Origin: Candidatus Parcubacteria bacterium
GTDB taxonomy: Bacteria; Patescibacteriota; Minisyncoccia; Phycocordibacterales; EsbW-18
Direction: 5' to 3'
Assembly: GCA_039798445.1 (NCBI GenBank)
Contig: JBDKFZ010000005.1
Location: forward strand, 1 to 49,496
DNA length: 49,496 nucleotides
In this document: piece after piece, positions 42,995 through 49,496 of the stretch
Layout of the letters: every line of letters begins with the position of its first letter
How positions within the stretch are numbered: the stretch's first letter is position 1
The notes under the pieces: model-generated
Databases searched by the model: none
Told to the model about the DNA's origin: nothing
What the model saw: the letters and a program-made list of their open reading frames with translations, nothing else
Program-made: the position numbers and the translations under genes

Positions 42995-45238
42995 CTACTC
43001 AAAATGCACCTCGCCTCGCTCGGCGAGGGCTTTTTGTAATTCGGGGTATTTTGTGAGAAGCACATCTGATTCGACGATTCGTTTTGCTTCGGCACGTGCG
43101 GCTTCAACAAGCTTGAGGTTTTTGAGTGCTTCCATGCCGATGTCAGAGACACCCCACTGCTTTTTGCCCGAGAGATCTCCCGAACCGCGGAGCATGAGGT
43201 CGTGTTCGGCGAGTTCGAAACCATTGGCGGCTTTGGTGAGTGCTTTGAGACGGTCGAGCGTTGGCTGTGATTTGGATTCAGTAAAGAGATAACAATATGC
43301 CTGGTGATTACTGCGGAGCACGCGGCCGCGGAGCTGGTGGAGCTGTGAGAGACCAAAGCGTTCAGCACCTTCGATGAGGATGATCGTCGCATTCGGTACG
43401 TTCACACCAACTTCGACCACCGATGTCGCAACGAGGATCTTGACCGAACCTTCGGTAAACGCTTTCATCATGTCTTCTTTCTTTTCCGACTTCATCTTGC
43501 CGTGAAGCACGCCAACCGAGAACTCGGGGAACACCTCGCGCGCAAGACGCTTGGCTTCTTCTTCCACCGACTTTGCTTGCAGTGCCATTTCATCGGTCTC
43601 ATCTGGCGCATCGATGCGCGGACAGATGACGTACGCCTGTCGTCCTGCCTCCAACTCTTGCCGTAGGTGTTCGTACACTTCTTTGCGTCCCGAAGGCGGA
43701 ACGTTTTTGGTGATAATCGGTTTACGTCCTGGTGGCATCACATCGAGCAGTGTGAGATCGAGGTCTCCGTAAATAGTAAGCGCCAACGTACGGGGGATTG
43801 GCGTCGCGGTCATGCTTAAAAGGTGTGGGAGGTTCTTGTCTTTGCGTGCCAAGGCGGCGCGCTGTTTGGTGCCAAAGCGGTGCTGCTCGTCGATGATGAT
43901 GTAGGCGAGATGTTTCCATTCCACCGTCTTTTGAATGAGCGCATGTGTGCCAATGAGAATCGGGATCTCACCGTTCGCGACCCATTTCAATAATTGAGAG
44001 CGAGAGATATTGGTCCAACCATTTGGATTGAGCTTGGACGGGAACTTTTTGCAGCCCGATGACGTGATGAGTGCAACGTTGATGGGCAATCCGCGATAGA
44101 GCTCCACGAAAGATTCAAAATGCTGTGTTGCCAAAATCTCTGTTGGTGCCATGAGCGCAACCTGCAAGTTGCCGAAGTCTTGTTTACCATCAGCGACCTG
44201 TGCCATTTTCTGCAAATCAGATTTCTTTGGGAATGCTGGACCGCTTTGAACCATCTTGGGCGGGCGAGTTGTAACAACGGCAAAGCTTGTTGCTGCGGCA
44301 ACAAATGTCTTTCCTGAACCGACATCTCCTTCGAGGAGTCGTGACATCGCACGCGTGCCTGCGAAATCAGCAAAGATGTCGTCGAGCGCTTTTGATTGTG
44401 CTGACGTCGGTTTGAAAGGGAATTTGGAGAGGAATCCATCAACACTTTCTTTTGTTGGGCGAATGTCCCACGTCGGAAGCGAGTCGGTCATGTGCCGCTC
44501 CTGCTGTTTCTTGAGTTGAATGAAGAAGATTTCTTCGAATGCGAATCGTTTGCGGGCCGCATCTGCGTCTTTGTTGTTCTCGGGCGCGTGAATCCACACG
44601 AGCGCTGTGCCGAGTGAGGGAAGATTGAGACGTTTGAGAACATCGGCAGGCAGAGGATCGACGACATGTTCGAGCGCTCCGCCTTTGATGAGCTTCTTGA
44701 TTGCGTAGTAAATCCAGCGCGATGTGACACCACGGCTTTCGGGATAGACAGGGAAGAGCGTCCCGACTGCCGGCTCGCTGTGGTCATCTCCATCCTCTTG
44801 AACAAAGAGCGAATCGGTTTCGTCAGGAATCACCGATGCATGTGTTATCGCTGGGTTCGACAGATAGAATTCACCACTGCGTTCCGAGATCGTACCTTCA
44901 ACCTTCACCGTTGCACCTTCGGGGAACATCTTGGCAATGTAAGGTTGATGGAACCAGACCGCTTTCACTTTGCCGCTTACGGTGTTGATCGTCGCCTGTG
45001 CCATCGGGATCTTTGACTTCCATCCTTTTGAAACTTTTGCTTTCGAGATGGTTCCGTAGAGCGTTACCTTTTGTCCCTTGGCGAGACTTCCTGTTTGCGT
45101 CGCGCCTGAGAGGTCATCGTAGCGAGCAGGGAAGTGATAGAAGAGATCGCGAACAGTCGTGACACCAAGCCGCGCGAGCGCTTTGGTGTGGGATTCGTCC
45201 ACGCGCAGGGCGTCACTGAGCTTGTCGGAGAGATTCAT
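42995..45238 (-). CDS. recG: ATP-dependent DNA helicase RecG
   Basis: RLLEGDVGSGKT, APTEILA, IDEQHRFG, MTATPIPRT, QLHQLRGRV. Confidence 0.97.
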   Translation of the reverse strand: MNLSDKLSDALRVDESHTKALARLGVTTVRDLFYHFPARYDDLSGATQTGSLAKGQKVTLYGTISKAKVSKGWKSKIPMAQATINTVSGKVKAVWFHQPYIAKMFPEGATVKVEGTISERSGEFYLSNPAITHASVIPDETDSLFVQEDGDDHSEPAVGTLFPVYPESRGVTSRWIYYAIKKLIKGGALEHVVDPLPADVLKRLNLPSLGTALVWIHAPENNKDADAARKRFAFEEIFFIQLKKQQERHMTDSLPTWDIRPTKESVDGFLSKFPFKPTSAQSKALDDIFADFAGTRAMSRLLEGDVGSGKTFVAAATSFAVVTTRPPKMVQSGPAFPKKSDLQKMAQVADGKQDFGNLQVALMAPTEILATQHFESFVELYRGLPINVALITSSGCKKFPSKLNPNGWTNISRSQLLKWVANGEIPILIGTHALIQKTVEWKHLAYIIIDEQHRFGTKQRAALARKDKNLPHLLSMTATPIPRTLALTIYGDLDLTLLDVMPPGRKPIITKNVPPSGRKEVYEHLRQELEAGRQAYVICPRIDAPDETDEMALQAKSVEEEAKRLAREVFPEFSVGVLHGKMKSEKKEDMMKAFTEGSVKILVATSVVEVGVNVPNATIILIEGAERFGLSQLHQLRGRVLRSNHQAYCYLFTESKSQPTLDRLKALTKAANGFELAEHDLMLRGSGDLSGKKQWGVSDIGMEALKNLKLVEAARAEAKRIVESDVLLTKYPELQKALAERGEVHFE

Positions 45239-45333
45239 ATATCTATTGTAGCTGATGGGAGATGAGATATTTGTGATGATTGACTTGGTCAGGAAAGCGG
45301 GGGATTATTACGGCGTTACAAATTATCTATCCT

Positions 45334-46161
45334 ATGAAGAAACTTTCTTATCTGTTTGCGGTTGTTCTCATTGCCGGCGCGCTTGTTGCTCGCCCGGCTC
45401 ATGCAGAAACGTCATACGCCGACATTAGCGCATTGCTCAAGTCGCTCATTGCACAGGTCCAGGAACTCCAACGCCAGCTTGCGATTATGCAGGAGGAAGA
45501 TGGAGTGGACATCGATACATATGAAACCACGACTCCAACAGATCGCACTAGTGTACCTGTGATCAAGGTGATTCAGGCAAAAGCGGCAGAAGCCGGTGAA
45601 GTCTACGCGGGAGAGACAGCGTATATCTACGGTTCAGGTCTGAGTGGAAAGTTGGATGTGCTCTTTGATTGCTGCAAGCCTCGCACATCTGCAAGTGGAT
45701 GGGGATCGTCCGATGGTTACGCGGAGTTCGTTGTTCCAAAGGACGAGAAGGATGGCGCACGCGTTGCTATCACCGTCTCGAACGGTGTTTCTGCGAGCGA
45801 GCCATACTATGTGACCATCATAAACTCGGACGACACAGATACTCGCAAGGGGTACCTCAAGATTGATTCGCCGGATGGTGGCGAGAAGCTCAAAGCAGGT
45901 AAGACGTTTCGGATAAGCTGGAGTTGGAAGTCTGTTGTCGAAGATGAGTCTATGGAGTTGCGTGTAAAAAGCGACTCGTGTTCGATCAAAGACGGTTTGA
46001 TCACTTCCGGCATTAAGAATGATGGTGTTTATGACTGGGAAGTACCCAAGGATCTCATAAGCGAGAAGTGTGATTACAAGGTCTATCTCATGGTCGCCAA
46101 TGTAAAATCACCATATTGGGATTATGATGAGAGCGACCGTTCGTTCCAAATTGTCCGATAA
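45334..46161 (+). CDS. Secreted/surface protein with short coiled coil and Ig-like domains
   Basis: Signal peptide (AHA-E), LIAQVQELQRQL, beta-rich domains incl. SPDGGE...ISW...NDG.YDW.VP. Confidence 0.8.
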   Translation: MKKLSYLFAVVLIAGALVARPAHAETSYADISALLKSLIAQVQELQRQLAIMQEEDGVDIDTYETTTPTDRTSVPVIKVIQAKAAEAGEVYAGETAYIYGSGLSGKLDVLFDCCKPRTSASGWGSSDGYAEFVVPKDEKDGARVAITVSNGVSASEPYYVTIINSDDTDTRKGYLKIDSPDGGEKLKAGKTFRISWSWKSVVEDESMELRVKSDSCSIKDGLITSGIKNDGVYDWEVPKDLISEKCDYKVYLMVANVKSPYWDYDESDRSFQIVR

Positions 46162-46201
46162 AACGTTTGTTTAAATAGACCACGTCAAAAAAGATGACTC
46201 C

Positions 46202-46229
46202 AAAAACCCGCCTCATGAGGCGGGTTTTG
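46202..46229 (+). terminator. Intrinsic terminator
   Basis: AAAACCCGCCTC-AT-GAGGCGGGTTTT inverted repeat. Confidence 0.8.
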
Positions 46230-46396
46230 TGGCCTTACTACGGCATGATACACTTGACTTATGCTTTAAAAGCGTTATAATACAAGGTAGAGTTTCACTC
46301 CTGTTCCGCTTTGGTCCTTACCAAAAGAATGCTCAGAAATTATTGAGTTGAAGTCATAGCAGTCCGCAGTCCCACCCATCAACCTGGAGGTGTGCA

Positions 46397-47095
46397 GTGT
46401 ACGAAGTGACGTTTCTCATTGTCGCGGCTTTGATCATCGCTTCATCGATCGATTACGATCGGCGGATGTGGCGTCGAAATGCCGAGGGCAACCGGGAAAC
46501 CGATCCGAAGCTTGCCACCTGGATTCTACTGACGGTGTTCATCACACTGTCGACATGGATGTACTGTCATAGTCCGCGTGTCTCATTGAAAGGCAATGTC
46601 GCGCTCTTCAGTTCACTCGTCAATATCATCTCGATCCTGACGAGCGTCATCTTGGTCAAGTGGAAGGACGGGAAGCTCTTCGTGAAGTTCGACCTCTCCC
46701 AGAAGCTCTGTCTTCTGGGAGGCGGCATCGCGGTGGGATTCTGGTTCGTTACTCACGATCCGTTCCTATCCTACGTGCTCTTACAGATCATCGCTTTGTG
46801 TGCCTATGGTGCCACGGTGGTGAAGCTGTGGGGTGCAAAGGAAAGTTCGGAGCCGGTGACGACGTGGGCGTTGGTCTTGACCGCGTGTTTCTTCGCTGCG
46901 TATCCCGCAGTGATCGACCACGACAAGTTCGCTTACGTCTTTCTCGCTCGCGCCATCCCGTCGACTGCCTTCATGGTATTTCTCATTACTCGCATCAAGG
47001 CGAGAATGGTGGGGAAGACCGTCTGGCAGTACTTCAGTGACGGCACATCGAGTCGTCTCGACGTTCTCGTAGAAAAATTCGTTTGGCTACCCTAA
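46397..47095 (+). CDS. Multi-pass membrane hypothetical protein
   Basis: GGAGG SD, GTG start, about 7 TM segments; TTGACT/TATAAT promoter at about 46254-46281. Confidence 0.75.
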   Translation: MYEVTFLIVAALIIASSIDYDRRMWRRNAEGNRETDPKLATWILLTVFITLSTWMYCHSPRVSLKGNVALFSSLVNIISILTSVILVKWKDGKLFVKFDLSQKLCLLGGGIAVGFWFVTHDPFLSYVLLQIIALCAYGATVVKLWGAKESSEPVTTWALVLTACFFAAYPAVIDHDKFAYVFLARAIPSTAFMVFLITRIKARMVGKTVWQYFSDGTSSRLDVLVEKFVWLP

Positions 47096-47104
47096 GGAGG
47101 GGAA

Positions 47105-47809
47105 ATGAAACTCAAAGCACTCATTGTTGCACTGGCTCTGATGTTCGGTCTGACCGTCAACAGTGCCTCGGCGCAGACGTACAGCTTCACCACGAAGCTG
47201 ATCGACACGTACCGCGGTGCCAACGGCGGTCTCTTCTACGACGGCCCCGTGATCCAGTCGGACCTCTTCATCTCGTTCCAGAACGGTCTCTACGGCGACC
47301 TCTGGGTTTCGCGGGGCGGCAAGGCCGGGTGGATGGACGAATTCGACAGCGAGGTCGACTACAACGCTGGTTGGGCGAATAACATCCTCGACCTCGGTGT
47401 GATGTACATCGATGTCTCCACGCTGGCGGCGAGTGATGTCTTTCAGCTGTACACGAAGCTCAGCACACGGGAGTTTCAAGGAGGTCTGCGAGGTCGCTTC
47501 GTGGTCGAACACTATCTCGCGATGTCGGGTAACGACCCGGCACGAGGTACGATTACACGACTGCACGTGATGCAGAGCCGGGTTCTCGGACGCGGCTCAC
47601 TCGACTGGAAACTTGGAGCCTTCTACGACACGGGAGCCTTCGGCTTCGCTGAGGGTACTGTCGGAGAAGGCGAGGTCAGTCTTCTCTACAACATGGGGCG
47701 ACTGTCTGTCGGTCCTCTCGTGAAGTGTACGGCGCCGATCAGTCTCAGCCGTGACGATGGACGGGAGTCGGGTTGCGCGTTCGGCATCGTCATCAAACCC
47801 ACCTTCTAG
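47105..47809 (+). CDS. Secreted protein resembling an outer-membrane beta-barrel (TorF/TIGR02001-like, tentative)
   Basis: Signal peptide (ASA-Q), amphipathic beta-strands, EVDYNAGW, C-terminal Phe; AAGGAGG SD. Confidence 0.65.
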   Translation: MKLKALIVALALMFGLTVNSASAQTYSFTTKLIDTYRGANGGLFYDGPVIQSDLFISFQNGLYGDLWVSRGGKAGWMDEFDSEVDYNAGWANNILDLGVMYIDVSTLAASDVFQLYTKLSTREFQGGLRGRFVVEHYLAMSGNDPARGTITRLHVMQSRVLGRGSLDWKLGAFYDTGAFGFAEGTVGEGEVSLLYNMGRLSVGPLVKCTAPISLSRDDGRESGCAFGIVIKPTF

Positions 47810-47819
47810 GAGGTGCTTC

Positions 47820-47996
47820 ATGCAGATCTTCTTGATTGTCCTTGCCGTGGTCTACGTCATCGGCGGATGCTGTGCGGTTTGGGTGGAAGAGTCACTTCAC
47901 TTCACTCACAAGCCCGGCCGCATGGCCCGCCGATTCATCCTCTGGCCGATTAACCCGATGTGGGCGATCGCCATCACGTTTCCTCGCGATTACTGA
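47820..47996 (+). CDS. Small membrane protein
   Basis: AGGAGG SD 47808-47813; hydrophobic N-terminus; terminator at about 48040-48081. Confidence 0.6.
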   Translation: MQIFLIVLAVVYVIGGCCAVWVEESLHFTHKPGRMARRFILWPINPMWAIAITFPRDY

Positions 47997-48114
47997 GCAT
48001 TCTGAACGTATCAAAACAGCCCCCAAAGGACGGGGTAAAAGAGGGCCGGTTTCGCTTCGTGCGGACCGGCCTTTTCTCTTTTCCACAGGCCATCCCCAGC
48101 CCAAAAGCTCTTTC

Positions 48115-48199
48115 TTGACACAGGTCTTTTTATGAGTACAATCTAGGGCTCCGGTCAGGGGATTTTTTATTGCCTGGTCGGGCTGCGTACTTTGATAAT
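48115..48199 (+). promoter_or_regulatory. rRNA promoter and boxA-like element
   Basis: TTGACA(48115-48120)-16-TACAAT(48137-48142); TACTTTGATAAT near 48188. Confidence 0.7.
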
Positions 48200-48384
48200 C
48201 AAATATGTAGATTGAGTACAAGATTTTCAGTGCTTCGAATAAAGCACTGGAGTACTCGTCTATTCCTAAACATATCCGGTGTGTATGAGCTACGCACCGG
48301 ACCAAGGGATGAAAGAGGATGCAACTATGATTCGTTGTGTTTTTTCTTTTGTTCTGCTCAATTATGAAACATGGTGACATGTTT

Positions 48385-49496
<1,112 letters not shown>

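Overview
Core-genome segment of a Patescibacteria/CPR bacterium, probably Parcubacteria (OD1). This is inferred from 16S signature sequences, the absence of rpmD from the spc block, and a tRNA-Ile(UAU). Genetic code 11. Layout: (1) The S10-spc ribosomal protein cluster runs from rplC to secY-adk-map. It has no rpsJ at its head, no rpmD and no alpha block after map, and two inserted ORFan cassettes split it into three transcription units. (2) A 1068-aa ORFan sits next to a VirD4/TrwB-like ATPase, followed by ndk, a probable unannotated ~130-nt 6S RNA, a beta-CASP RNase, a SLOG protein and infC-rpmI-rplT. (3) A ~9-kb accessory region downstream of tmRNA holds a P-loop kinase, a membrane histidine kinase, a SET-domain protein, a SpeD-SpeE fusion, a Cys-rich protein, a TonB-C-like protein, three stand-alone receiver domains and a 2-kb cassette bounded by a duplicated tmRNA terminator. 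(4) The remainder holds tmRNA-smpB, ftsH, cmk, tRNA-Ile(UAU), an ABC exporter, a methyltransferase, recG, secreted and membrane ORFans (one resembles an outer-membrane beta-barrel) and the 5' ~1.1 kb of 16S rRNA. No CRISPR array, integrase or transposase is seen. All family calls come from motif recognition by eye, not database searches.
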